Part shown: in pieces, positions 37,830 through 50,631 of the stretch
How the letters are laid out: every line of letters begins with the position of its first letter
Numbering within the stretch: the first letter of the stretch is position 1
Assembly (NCBI GenBank): GCA_051362555.1
Contig: CM120646.1
Span: 1,426,001-1,490,000, forward strand
From: Lingula anatina
Lineage: Eukaryota; Animalia; Brachiopoda
Direction of reading: 5' to 3'
Length of the DNA: 64,000 bases
Program-made: the position numbers and the translations under genes
The notes under the pieces: model-generated
What the model was told of the DNA's origin: nothing
The model's input: the letters and a program-made list of their open reading frames with translations, nothing else
The model's database searches: none

Positions 37830-40800
37830 TAAATGGTTTTTAAATAAAATCGTAATCATACATTCATAAAAAGTGAATAATTAAAAACCTTGGAAAACAT
37901 AAAACTTGCTTATTTAATTATTTAACAATTTAATTGAAGACATTACGATAACTAGCGCGGAGATATACCGGATTTGTTTCAGTGTTGTATTGCCTTATTC
38001 TTTCAGTGTACAGACGGCACAGCAACTACAACAGGTGGGCGTTTTCATATCTTAACTAATAATAAGAATATATAACAACCAAATTGTAATGTTAAGATGA
38101 TATTTTCCCTTTACCTAAGTGCTATTACTAGTATAGGTTCATACGAGTTTCGGACCAAAAATCATAACTGGTGTTCTTTGTTTATAGCATCTACCAATAC
38201 CGAATCAACATCCACCGACACTACCACTGAGTCAACCACCGCCGATCCTACCACCACTGTGCCTACCACCACTGAGACTACAACCACCGATTCTACCACC
38301 ACTGAGCCTACCACCACTGAGACTACAACCACCGATTCTACCACCACTGAGCCTACCACCACTGAGACTACAACCACCGATTCTACCACCACTGAGCCTA
38401 CCACCACTGAGCCTACCACCACTGAGCTTACCACCACTGAGCCTACCACCACTGAGACTACCACCACTGAGCCTACCACCACCGATTCTACCACCACTGA
38501 GCCTACCACCACTGAGACTACCACCACCGATTCTACCACCACTGAGCCTACCACTGAGACTACAACCACCGATTCTACCACCACTGAGCCTACCACCACT
38601 GAGACTACAACCACTGAGCCTACCACCACTGAGCCTACCACCACTGAGACTACCACCACCGAGGCAACCACCACCGCCCCCACTACATGTGAGTCTTAAC
38701 TCTTTTAAAGAAATTTAAGAGTTGTAAAATGCTTGAAAGTGTTGTATTGCATACATTTTTCAATGATACACAACACTTTGTGCATGTTTTAACATTAAAA
38801 TAAAAATTTACAGGAATTACTATGGTAATTAAAGCACTTTAAAACCACAGGTACATGTATAATGCGGCAGCTTATTCTTTCAACTGACAATTCAAAACAA
38901 AATTTAGTTGGAATCCCTTGGTCTTTTTGTCTTGAAATTACTAATGTTGAACTTTGATACATGTTTGATGTTAATGCCATAAAATTTAATTGTAAGGATA
39001 CATTTGCCTTTTAATTCTCACCAGCTTGCAATTCGCTTTAACTCTTACTGCAGTAAAGCCTCGGTCACAAGCGGCCGTACGGGCTCTTACGGGCTGTTTG
39101 CGTCCAAATTTTGCGCAGAATCTCACGTCCCACGCAAGTACTTCTTAAGAAATTTGGAGTTCGCAGACAGCCCGTAAGCATTTACGGAGGATGTTGGACA
39201 TGTCCAAAAGATTCTACGGATAGCCTGCGAACGGCGAGGCCGCAAGCGTAACTTGCTCCCCTTGCACGGAGTTAGCAAGAGAGACGCGCGTTGTGCAAGA
39301 CGCACGTCGCAAGCAATGAAAGAGCAAGTGCCCTTTGCGTGTTGAGTAAAGCCTAGGTCCCAACTACGTTTTGGACGCACGGTTTTTTAGTTCCTTGCGT
39401 CCGGCTAGGACGTAGCTAGATTGAACGTAGCGGCTGTTGATCATGTCGAAAAAATACTACGTGCTGTTTGCATCCTCCAAAAGTCGTACGATGGACGTGC
39501 TCCTCACGCACGAACTCCCAAGTTTTCCCCATTTATTTGGCCGTAGACCACACGTAGCAGCCCGTACGTTCGGTTGAGACCTAGGTTTAAGGCGCACGCC
39601 CTCACAACTAACGAACAAAGTCGAGAGCACACCGGAAATGCGTCGCACGTGCGTCACCCCCACTCCTGGTGTATAAAAGGCGTGCTCACGACGCACGCTC
39701 GTTTCTTTACAATGAACGTCGACTGTGTAAAGTGTACAACAATTTTCAAAATTTTCAAATTTTTTCTCAATATAGTTTCTAATATGCCTTCAAAAGGCAA
39801 TAGAAAGAAGCTAACATAGTAGGAAAAAAGGGAGGAGGAAGAAGAAAAAAGAGGAGAACAGGAAGCAAAACTGACGTACGCCGTCAGTACGTCACCACAA
39901 ACGTGTGAGGCAAGTGTGAAGCAAAACTGACGCAAAAGGGCACTACTTTCGCCGTGCGTTGTATTCCCTTCTTAAGTGGTGAGTCTTTGTCACGTACACA
40001 GGAAGCAATACCAACTCAAGAAATGAGTACAATTTCCACGGCCATCGCTCCTTGCATTTAGCGTCCCTGCTTGAAAGGACATCTCATGTGGCCCTTGCGA
40101 CTCGCAAGGCAGACTTTCCTCTACCTCTACGACCTCCACTGCCTCCGCAACACCCAAAAATCGCAGGGGACGTACGATTCTGAAATTCGTGCTTCCGGTT
40201 GTGACCAAGATAACATCGTTATATTTGTTATTACGTGGCGATGCTGATGATGTTCAGCGTACCGTGTACATTACCATGGGGTATTTTTACTTTATGACGA
40301 ACTATTTATCACTCCAACTTTTGTTTTTCTGTTCTTCAGCTAGGCATAATCTTTTTAATTACTGTACATATAAACTTACACTGAAAACATATTTTATATA
40401 TTCATGTAAGATTTAAGTATTTTGGTTGAAAATCCGTGTTCTCTTTTCTTGAAATTACAAATATGGAGCCTTAATGCATGTCATTTATATATAAGACAAA
40501 AGACAAAGGAATGCAGAATGATCCGTCTTCATTTTGTTACAGTGTCGCCATCTATCTGCTCCTCGACTGCTAGCGTGGTTAAAGTCAGTTCAGGCACGGT
40601 GGCAGAGTATAATGTCAGAGTGAATCCCTGCACAGCTTTGTGCAGCAGTGCATATTCTACTGGCTTTTGGTCCACTGCAAAGACATACAGAGGTTGCTGT
40701 GGTAACAACAAATGTTACTGCACTTTAACCACCGTTCTTTACTCGGTAAGTTATTTAACCTCTATCATTAACATTTAAAATCAAATGTGGTAGTAAAGGG

Positions 40801-41010
40801 ATAAGTTTATCTAAAAAGAACATCGACTCTTACTTTTTTTATAGAATCTATTGAGATGAATCTGAACATAAAAATTGATATTGATCAAACTATCCCTCTT
40901 TACATCTCCATCAGTGTCAACGGTTGAGTTGCAATTTAAAAAAAAAGATGCACAAATTTTCTATTTCCTGCTGTTTTGCTCAATATAAAGATGCAGTCAC
41001 ATTTTTGTAA
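36399..41010 (+). CDS. Secreted protein: signal peptide + CS-alpha-beta/defensin-like domain + Thr-rich mucin stalk + second defensin-like domain; exons 36399(or 36372)-36462, 36752-36781, 37172-37332, 38007-38034, 38188-38688, 40543-40745, 40915-41010 (~360 aa)
   Basis: All introns GT-AG with compatible phases (1,1,0,1,1,0); exon 1 MCLSVKVFVHLVFTLYISVTLG is signal-peptide-like; domains C..CSYDC..GCC..CIC..C and C..CTALC..GCC..CYC..C; 15-nt (E/D)xTTT repeat exon. End of the last exon is uncertain. Confidence 0.8.
38188..38688 (+). repeat. Coding 15-bp minisatellite (Thr-rich mucin repeat), copy 2
   Basis: Same units as copy 1, longer array (501 vs 414 nt exon), frame preserved. Confidence 0.95.
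39057..40211 (+). mobile_element. PIF/Harbinger-type non-autonomous element (MITE-B) in intron 5 of the mucin/defensin gene
   Basis: Ends AGCCTCGGTCACAA.CGG / CCGGTTGTGACC; preceded by TAA; absent at the homologous site ~12510 in unit 1; second copy at 50632-51542. Confidence 0.8.
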
Positions 41011-41094
41011 ATAATTCAAGGACGGAAAATATTCATTTTGTAGAAAAAAGTGTATTGTATTGATATGTTATTTTTTGTCAACGGTAATTTAATT

Positions 41095-41275
41095 AGCCGC
41101 GTTTTATTAGTACCACCAGCGCGTATGCTGGCGGTACTAATGGTTTTAGTTCCGACCCGTCTCGTACTGTTCCGACGTTACCGCTTCTCCTCTTAGCCCG
41201 CAAGAACCTGTGTCCCCGTCTCTTGGATTTAAGTCACATACAATCTCAACTTGAAGCCCCTGTTTTTTTTTGTTT

Positions 41276-41331
<56 letters not shown>

Positions 41332-41900
41332 GGGGGGGGTGACATTCGTTGAAAGCACCCTTGTCAAATTTTTTCAGAATTCAATGCTAAATATCCCCCA
41401 AACCGAAGGAATTATGGGAAAAATTACTAGAAGTCTGACGGAAAGTCTTACGTGAAGATTCCAAAATGCCCTTGGATTTGATTTTTGACCTTTATGGAAA
41501 GGTCAAACGGGAATTTTCTGCAAAAAAATATTTGTTTGTGCCGATTATCAGAAACTACACAGACCTAACCTATAATATTATTGACAGATGTTACCCTTAG
41601 GGTAATCTTTTATCTCCGTGAGTTTGGGGTCGATAGGTGCATTTTCTCGGGAGAAACGACCATTATATGCCGAAACTGAAAACTCTCTCTAATTCTGGAA
41701 CCGTTAATGTTAGAGAGTTCTTGTTTTTTTTTTTTATTTTTCTTTTTTTTCATTTCATAGAGCTTGTCAAGCCCAACACGGAAGGTGGTGTCTATTTTTT
41801 TCAATTGACCTTTGACCTGCTTTTCATGATGAACTGCACTTTGCAATTTTTCTTTCCCTTATATCTACAAAGCTGGCGGTGATGCGCCCGTGGTTACTAT
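41095..41900 (+). mobile_element. Helentron/HINE-like non-autonomous element (homolog at ~13135-13920)
   Basis: 5' hairpin ATTAGTACCACCAGC-GCGTAT-GCTGGCGGTACTAAT, motif GCTGGCGGT repeated near 41872, internal simple repeat. Confidence 0.4.
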
Positions 41901-44015
41901 TGAACTTGGATAGGAAGTCCTCACCTATCGTTTTATTTCAAAATGAGATGGTATGAATGGAATATGGGGCATCTACCTAGACTCTGAATACTTATGGATT
42001 TTCGGAATTATTTTTTTCAGAGCAGTTGCACCCTGATTAACTGATGAGATGAGAAGAAAAATTGAATGAAGTCGAAGAAAGACATTTGCTGAGTGCTGCT
42101 TTGCTGATAGATTCGGAACTTATAAATTTGATCAACAAGCCAAATGGACAAACTGAATAGACTTAGAGAGTTTCATTTAATTTAGTATATAGGACTCACT
42201 TATTTTATTGAACTTCCTGTTTTAATGTATTCCAAACTCTCTGTTTTCTTTTAGCAAGGATCTGCCCAAATTGAACATCGCTTCCACTTCTTATATAAAT
42301 AGATAAATACAATTTATAATGGAGTATAGTATAATTATAATGGAGTAAAGGTGTGCTAATATGTAAGAAGGGCTATTTCAACAACGGATTAAACATTTAT
42401 GGATTTTAGTTGTATATCGAACATTGAGCTATAATTAAAAAAATACTAATAAGTGATCTGTTATTTTGTGTTAATAGCCATCTTCGTAGCTTTTTTCTGT
42501 TTATTGCCTTTGTTTGTGAAACTTAATGCTGCAGAGGGTTTTGATTTGCCTGATGTTTTCCAAAATTTTAATTCCATTTGAATATACACCAAACCAAATG
42601 ATTATCATGGGAGATGATTATCATGGGAGACCTAAATCTAGATTTCCTCAAACCAAAGAACATTCCCATCTAATGGAACCAAATCATAAATGCTCTGAAC
42701 ATGAAGCAAATGATAAACCAAAATAAGGATTAATGGCAGTTCGCCCACTTTAAATGATCATATGTATGTCACAAATCCAGCACATATCAGAGCAACGAAA
42801 GTGCCACTTATCAGTATGTCCGACCACTTCCCAAATGCGTTGTGAACCGTCCAAAATGACATTCACTTTAATTTATAACTGTACTGAATTTCAGTGTATC
42901 AATTTCCATTAACGAATTAACTAATCTATGGGCTCCGACATGACTCCAGATTCGACTCAGTCTTTCACTTTACGTGCAAAGAGAAGCATAACAGTACAAC
43001 CTTACATCTTCAGTCTCAAGTCTAAAAGTGTCTTTATTATGTACAACATTCAAATTTTATACAGACTATCTACAGGGAATCTACGCGTACAAGTGGCTGC
43101 TACTTATTTACATACTAATTGTTGTGCAATATTAACAGCTGATATGCATCTGTCTCAGGCATAGGCCTACCTATGGGCCTCTACAGAAAATAATATTTAT
43201 GTATGCAGTACAGACGCAAACTAGATAAAAACATGTTGACTATTATGATTATACTATGTGGAATTGGTGCAGAATTCCACACGCCATCGCCTCTTTATAA
43301 AAAATAATGGTACATTATTTTAAAAATTACATCAACGTGAACAATAAATGTCCCGGGAATATAAAAAACATTTTCCTTAAACTCAATCATGTCATCTAAA
43401 CAGTTATGCCAAATTTTAATTTGTGATGCTTTATCCGTATGTATAAATGTATCCTTTGAACAAATTTTACATTTTTATCAGAGTTAAAATTTTATCATAT
43501 TCCTATCACATACCGTTACTACAACAATAATAATTACTATGAAATTAACTCCTAATTTCACCTAATTTCATAGTTCAAAAATTAATATAGGAGATTTTTT
43601 CTTTAAGAGATATTTTATCAAAAAAAATATATATGCACCAATACATGTTAACTGACACACAAAGTGACGCTGGATTTATATCTTTAAATACATTGGACTA
43701 ATGTGATATTTAAACCAGAAAAGCTTAAAATTGCTGCCATTCATTCTGTCTTGAAAAGAAGTGATACATAATTCAACTCATTTCACTCGGCAAGAACAAA
43801 GTAACGGAAGTTGTAGGTGTGATGTGGCACAACAAGTACCGTCTACTGCATAAATCCACTATATCTTTACACTACAGTGCAGCAAAGCATACTACAATAC
43901 GATACAATACAATACAATACAATACAATACAATACTGGGGCTAAAACGGTCAAAATGATCATGATCTCTTTTAATTTGCTAAGAATCTCTTGTCTAGTCT
44001 ATCCTGCTTTAAAAT

Positions 44016-47000
44016 TTATGGACGGTGGGTAGGAAATGGCGGTGGATCAGTAGTGCGCGAAGCCATTATGCACTGTGCTAGTAGGCTTGTGCCCCTCCTA
44101 CTGAGGTGAAATCCATCTTCCCTGTAGTGATCTGGGGAGTTAATTACCTCATTCACTGCGATGAAATGTGCTTTCTGATGACCTCTGAGTTCTGCCTCAA
44201 CAGTGTCATTGTACCGCTTTGCTCTCCTGTTAAAACTTTGATTATGTTGACGATCCAGGATCCCTGTGAAATATATTTCACAGTCTGGATATTTCATTTC
44301 TGCTGTTTCTCGCAGCTGGTGTAGCTCTGAGACGGTGTCTGCAACACTTTGGTGATCAATGCTGTTTGTCCCCACAATAAAAGTCAAAGATTCTGGATTT
44401 CCCAGGTTTGATTTGATTATATAGTCATGTGCGTCTGCAATAGTGTTTTCTCTCAGTACTTTCACGTAGAATCTGCCCATCCTGTTGCCATCAAGGTACT
44501 TTCCTATTGAGTCAGTCACTATGACATGCTTCCTTTGTGTTGTGGCCTGTGTAATGTTTGGTGTTTGGGGACTTTCCACCTTTCCTCTTGCTGACGTCCC
44601 ACGCTGGTCATTGCATGCTGAATGAATTGTCCGTTTTGATTTTTCTTCGACTTTATCTTTCAAGGCGATTTTCAGTAACCCCTTTCCAACTTCCTTTATT
44701 AGGTTAAAGGGACTGTCCGAGTCGTTCCGTGAAAAGGCGTCTGCCGCTCCCCCTATTGCCCCCATGGCACTGTCTGAGTCATTTTCCGACGAGTCGATCA
44801 GTATCTCTTTCATGGCCCTAAGCAAGCCTCCTGGGCCTTTACCCTCTGGTGATCCTGCACGCACCTTCTGTGTTTGAAGCTCCTTCAAAATATCCCCAAA
44901 AGGAGTTTTTGACATTAAGTAAAGCACAGGATCAAAATGGAGATCATACGTTTCTTGGATTTCTACGAGGATTGCTTTTGGATTGTGGTGGATTTCATGT
45001 AAAAGGTAAACGTTTTCACTGACTAATTGTTCATCCATGTAATCTATCATGTTGTTTTCCGGTATGAAATAATTGGGGATGCACTTCTTGGATAGAAATC
45101 TAAGCAAGAGATCGAGAAAGTCGTAAAAACGTTGTCCCAGCCTTTCATCCGTCCAGCTGTCCTGCGGAATGCGCTCACACAACCAGAATAACGTTGTCTT
45201 AAGGTGGTAGGTAGAGAGTACGCCGAGGTTCCCCAGTCGGTGTTTATGTATCAGTTTTATAATACGGTAAACATGGCGCTGAGCTTGATTTAACGACAAG
45301 GCAAGATGGCGCTCGGCTTCAGCAAAAGAAATCCTCCATTCAGTTCGGCAATCTCTATCACCAGGATTGGCAACTGGAACAAGATGGCAGCCAAGTTCTT
45401 TCACGGCTCTGACTTGCTCCATTGTAGGCCAACCACTCAATCTCTCACGACTAAGCCATTCATCTGCTTCATGAGGAAACTTCTTCCACGGAAATGACCC
45501 AACGATATCGCCTGTCAGAACAATGTTGCGTTTGACACCAGAAAATATGGGCAACTTGTATGATACCGCAGGACCATTAAAACTTACATTAAGCATTTTC
45601 CAAAGTATTATTAGTTTTTCAAACCCTGGCATCGGATTTTGGACGCAATATTGCATGATTTTGTTGCTCAGATATACATCCCCAGTTTGATCACGTTCCA
45701 AAACGCCTGGCACATCAAACATACGATTTTCGCCCTGGATCTTAAGTTTGACATAGCCGCGATGACAGCCAACGCCATCCACGAGCAACGCTGCCCCTGT
45801 TATTGCCACTTGTTCTCTACGAGACGTGACTGTTGGGAAAATTGGCGGTGTTAGTACTAGCATAACATCTGCATCTGATATTTCCAGGTGGGCTTTATGA
45901 TCCCTTCCAAACAAAATCGGGATCCCAAGACCGTCAAAGAAACTACCTAAAAACTTGTAACGCATGTTTGTGGCTGCGTCTTTCGTCGCTGGATAAAAAT
46001 GCCCACAGAATTTTTGAATTGCATCATTGCCAATCTTTTCCATGTATTCATAAGGGTACTGCTTATAACACATAAGGTTTGTGAGTATAAAGTCACCAAA
46101 ATATTTCCCCATAAGGACAGGAAGTCCATGTTTTGCCGCATTATTTCCACAACTGGTTTTAAGAATTGCATCTTTGAGAAATGTACACATCTTTTTTATT
46201 TTTCTTTCACCTCGAACTGAATGTATCCCAAATAGTTTTCTGATTATCTGATGAATCCATTTCATTGCAAACATCTCCTTTGGTAGCATCTCTGCTAAGT
46301 ATTTTGAGAAGTCTTTCATATCTTCTACCTTTTCATTATTTCGGCTCCTTCGCTTGCTTGAAGGAAATCTAAATTCAAAATAAAAATGTACATTAGAAAA
46401 CATAGGAACGTGTTGTCGTCACTTCGCGTCCGTCCTCTATGTGCCCCAAATCAGACCCCCACAGACACCACATACGAACTCCTATATTCAAATGTCTTAT
46501 CTTATGGACCGTTCCCAGACTTTATCGCAGTAACTGTGGATCGATCTGCCTCCGAGGGGATTCTTGCTTAATTTCAATCAACTAAAGTGGCTTAGATGTC
46601 TGTCACGCCTACTGAAGCTGCCATTTATCAACTTCGGTAGGCGTGCCAGACATCTACTAGTAAGCTGAAAGCAATTTAGCGAGAAACACCTCGAAGGTGG
46701 ATCGATCCTGTTAGATCGATCTAGGTATGGGAACCCAGTCTTAAGGCCACTAATAGTAAAAGGACCAAAGTCATAGAAACAAAGCCCTGGGCTTATAAGT
46801 TTTTATAAAAAATTAAAACAAACTTCCCAAAAGGCCAATTAAAGACGGGGATTAAGTACAGTGTCCAACGGATGACGCTCTGGCGCCAATTTGAGGGGAA
46901 AAATGCCGTTTTCGGTATTGGGATTTTCTCTATAACCAAGACAGCTATTCAAGTGATTCAAAAGGCCTCATAAAGCTGGGTGAAAGCACTACAGCGCGGT

Positions 47001-49374
47001 ACCAGGGAATTGTCTTAAACTATTTACTTTTGATTTTATCATCTTTTACGTTAAATCAGCCCATATTTCAATGGGTTATTCACTTCAAAAGGCGATAACT
47101 TTCAAACAAACAATTTCCTCTTAAGCCCCTGATATCATGCTGTAGTCCACATTCCTAACAACAATAGGTGCAACTTTTGTAACGATCGGTTGCTCAGATA
47201 GTGAGATATACTTGGCAGCGATTCACTTATCTCGTCAATATAGAAAGCTGTTAAAACAGCCAAAAACGTTCACAGGTTGGTTAACAGGGCTTATTAGTCA
47301 AATGCTTAGCTGGCAAATTTACCTGTTATCGGTTATACGATCAGATGGAACCATTGCTTATTGTCATCTAAAAATATTTTGTTTGGGTGCTTTGAAGGGG
47401 CAGAAAATCGTGCTTTTGTTACATTTTCCGACCACTCGTTAGGCATGTAAGCGTGCCGCCATTTTGATTGACAGCTCTGGAGAGGGCCCTAGCCTAGTGA
47501 TGCCCAGTAGGGTGTCAAGGATATGTAGAAGGAAGCGCTAACAAAGGCGATTACGTTTAACCGCAATTAAGAGGTGTGAAGTTGCATTTAAAAGTTTCAA
47601 TGGCTCTTCCTCGGCAAACGAGTAATTTTACCTGAGAGATTCCTTCTTTGTTATCGACAAAGTGATCAGATAAAACTGTCTGTCGAGAGCAAGTGGCCGT
47701 CACTTGTGTTAATAAGAGTTTTTTGACGGGTAACGCTGCAGGATTATTTTGCACGGCACTTGGTAATCGTCAGATCAACGGAAAAATCCAGTGATTACTT
47801 CAGAGCGGTCTCTCTCAAATGCCAGCTAAGATAAAGGGGAGACTCTCAGCTGCACAAGATTCAGCGGTAAAAGTGGCTGAGAGAAGGCTTTTGAATAAAT
47901 ATTTTATTTTTACACACATGACACTTAGACCCTATTTGCTTTTTACCTGCTAGTCTTGACTATTTTCGGTGTCTTTTTGTGATTTTCATTTTTGGATACA
48001 TTTTGAACTCTTTCTTCCCGCTTGATCCGTGATTTTGAAATTGTTTTTCTCCAAACATCGTAAAATGCAAAGCCGCTAACATGTGATTTTATTTTTATTG
48101 TTTTAATCATGCTGTCAACCCTTGCTTGGATTTCTCTCGTTTGGCCATTCACATCACAATTTTTCGCGTGTCTCTCAAGCTCCATGATATCATATCTTGG
48201 AGAATAAAATTTTATTTTGTCAACATTAAGTTTACCTTTTGCAAACGGCGACCAACAATCATTTCCGGTTTCGTAACGTGTCGCAGATACGCTCGCCGAT
48301 ATATATCGCAAAAGTTAAGAGCTAGGCTAAAAGTATCCTTTTTAGCATTTTTTTTAATTTATTTATCGATTTTCCTTTCATTTGTCAATTAATTTAGGTG
48401 ATTCGAACTCTTTCACCCATTTATTAGGTATACAGAAATCAGTTATCCGACTGAACAAATAGGGCCGGTTTTCCCCAACCGCCACGCATAGGCCCTACTC
48501 TCTTTCAAAATTTTCTTTCTTTCCTCTGGAAATGGACTTTTAACACGAACTTTTCTCTTCCCCATAGTATACTAGCTAGACTTCTTCGCTGCTAAGCTGA
48601 TGTAAGACTTATGACCTATTACCGCACACGTAATCGGCTTATAACTCATTAACTGTGCTCCGACCCCCTCATGGCAACGACCCTTAGTAACAGAGGCGTG
48701 GCTTAGTTGTCAGCCTGACTGGGGCGCGTGCCGGTTGAAAAACTCATCAAAAGACACATTTTGCGATGCAAATTCATAAAAGTTATTACATCCAACGTTA
48801 GATACTTTTTTGATTAATATAAACACACAAAAAACTCAAAAACATGATTTTAAGCGTATTTAACCCTATCACCGGCCTTAAAGGGGACGGTCCTGTTCTT
48901 CATTATTAACCGGTACATGCAAATATTTTAAGATTTTAATTACTTCAAATTGCAAATGACCGCTCGTATTATATAATTATGGCAGATAATAAATTGAGTC
49001 GCTTGAACATGCAAGCGACTTAATGAAAATTAATTTATAAGTCTAATGATTATTTCCCGACCTGTGCAATGATATCAAATCAATTTAAACGATTACCTAC
49101 GACAGTGCGGTCACGATTCATGTCCTGTTTTTAAATCATTTTAAACAGCTGAAAACTTTGTTGTTGTTGGGGAAGGGGAAAATATTTCTGTTTAAAGAAA
49201 AGTTATTGAATAAGCTTGGTTTAAAATAAACCATGTATGAAACAATTTAAGCTACCAGTTAACAACTTATGTCAAATTTTCCATGTATTCTTTCATACAT
49301 GATACCGGTTCACGACACGGATAATAATTCATAAAGCAGGCCTAAATGTACCTTTTGTATTCCCTTTTCTCCAT
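44016..49374 (-). CDS. cGAS-like receptor with C-terminal SGNH-like domain, copy B; exons 49374-49352 and 46368-44016, ~791 aa
   Basis: 795-aa ORF with GS(FFDGL)...SDAD...GDIV triad and the same Mab-21 motifs as copy A; acceptor ttttgaatttag before 46368; 23-nt exon accATGGAGAAAAGGGAATACAAAAG|gtacat (MEKREYKR) is homologous to copy A exon 1 and in frame; TDS / GTN / DGFH SGNH blocks. Confidence 0.9.
46503..46744. mobile_element. Palindromic ~240-bp MITE-A; relatives at ~17590-17770, ~50240-50348 and split 50356-50466/53170-53289
   Basis: Arms ..TTCCCAGA..GATCGATC..GCTTAATT / AATTTAGC..GATCGATC..TATGGGAA recur at all listed loci. Confidence 0.6.
46745..48877. mobile_element. Possible Kolobok-like non-autonomous element in cGLR-B intron
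   Basis: TTAA on both flanks; imperfect termini GGCCACTAATAG / rc GGCCGGTGATAG (9 of 12). No recognisable transposase. Confidence 0.4.
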
Positions 49375-50631
49375 GGTATAATGACCGTTCATTGGACAGG
49401 GAAGGAATCAGCAGCGGGAATAAAGGTGTCTTCGCACCAGTGTTGTATATTGCTCTGTGGTACTGTGGTATGGTATATTGGTGCCTGTTATCTAAAATTT
49501 GAATAAATGGACACTTTGAACAGTTAGTTGTGCCCTTAGTCACAATGTTTTCACAGTAAATTCAGTTAGAATTAGAACGTATACCCTTCTCCATGAACCT
49601 AAACGACAAGCATGGCACTACAATTATTAAATTATATATGAAAAATTTGATACAGGTAGGTTAACTGTTCAATCACCACAGTAACTGATATTGAGACAAT
49701 ATTGATTATGATTCATTTACATATAACCTGACACCAATCTCACTAAGATAAGACAGCACCTGTACAGATACAATGTATACATTCTATCAATAGACAGGCA
49801 CTGTATGTGTTTGTAAATTTTCTGAGCACTGTGTTTGTCCGTGATTTTGTTCTGAGGACCCCAGTGGAGCCTTCACAGACGTGAAATCTTCAACGAAGGC
49901 ACGGACAGACACAGCAATCAACATATCCAATGTATACAGATACATATACTGGGTATATCCGTATACATTGGATCTAAGATCTAATAAATGGTATATTAGA
50001 CCTAAGATTGGATAGAAGTAAGAATGAAAAGCCAGATCATGTTTTTATCAATGACAACGTCAAATAATTATTCTAATTAGTAAATTCTAATTATCAAAAA
50101 GCCCAGTAAGCTGTAATAAATGTTCAGCTAGCATGTTTTATCACAGCACAGACAGTCTAGACACCAATTCATGCGGCCTTAGATCGCCTAGAACCTGGTT
50201 CTGTTGTGCCAGTGTAAATGCTCTTTCTAGACGACCGTTCTAATCTTGCTAGGCATAGAGCCGATTAAGCTGACTGTAATTTAGCAAGAAACCCCTCGGA
50301 GATGGGTCGATCTTGTTAGATCGAATTAGGTATGGGAATGGGGCCTTAGACACGTAGGGTGCATTCCCAGAGATTGAGATCGATCCAGAGATTTATATTT
50401 AGATCGACCCAACTCCCTGGGGGGTTCGCGCTAAATACAGTAAGCCGAGCGCGCACCATAGTTAACAGAGAGCTTTCGCACCTGCACGTTTAGGCGACCG
50501 ACTACATTTAGCTATCCGTAACCGTAAAATGACCAACGTTTATTTTTTTCGTGATTTCGCAGAAAGACCCGGTTAGCCTTTACGGATAGTCGAATCGAAC
50601 AGTAGGCTGATACATGTTTCACATGCTGTAA

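Larger units (their letters stand above)
23211..46368 (+). repeat. Segmental duplication unit 2
   Basis: Same-orientation homolog of unit 1; e.g. the spurious ORFs 5601-5849 and 26195-26443 translate identically. Confidence 0.9.

Noticed and set aside
47943-48311. 122-aa minus-strand ORF in the cGLR-B intron
   Set aside because: No recognisable motif; lies within a probable non-autonomous element.
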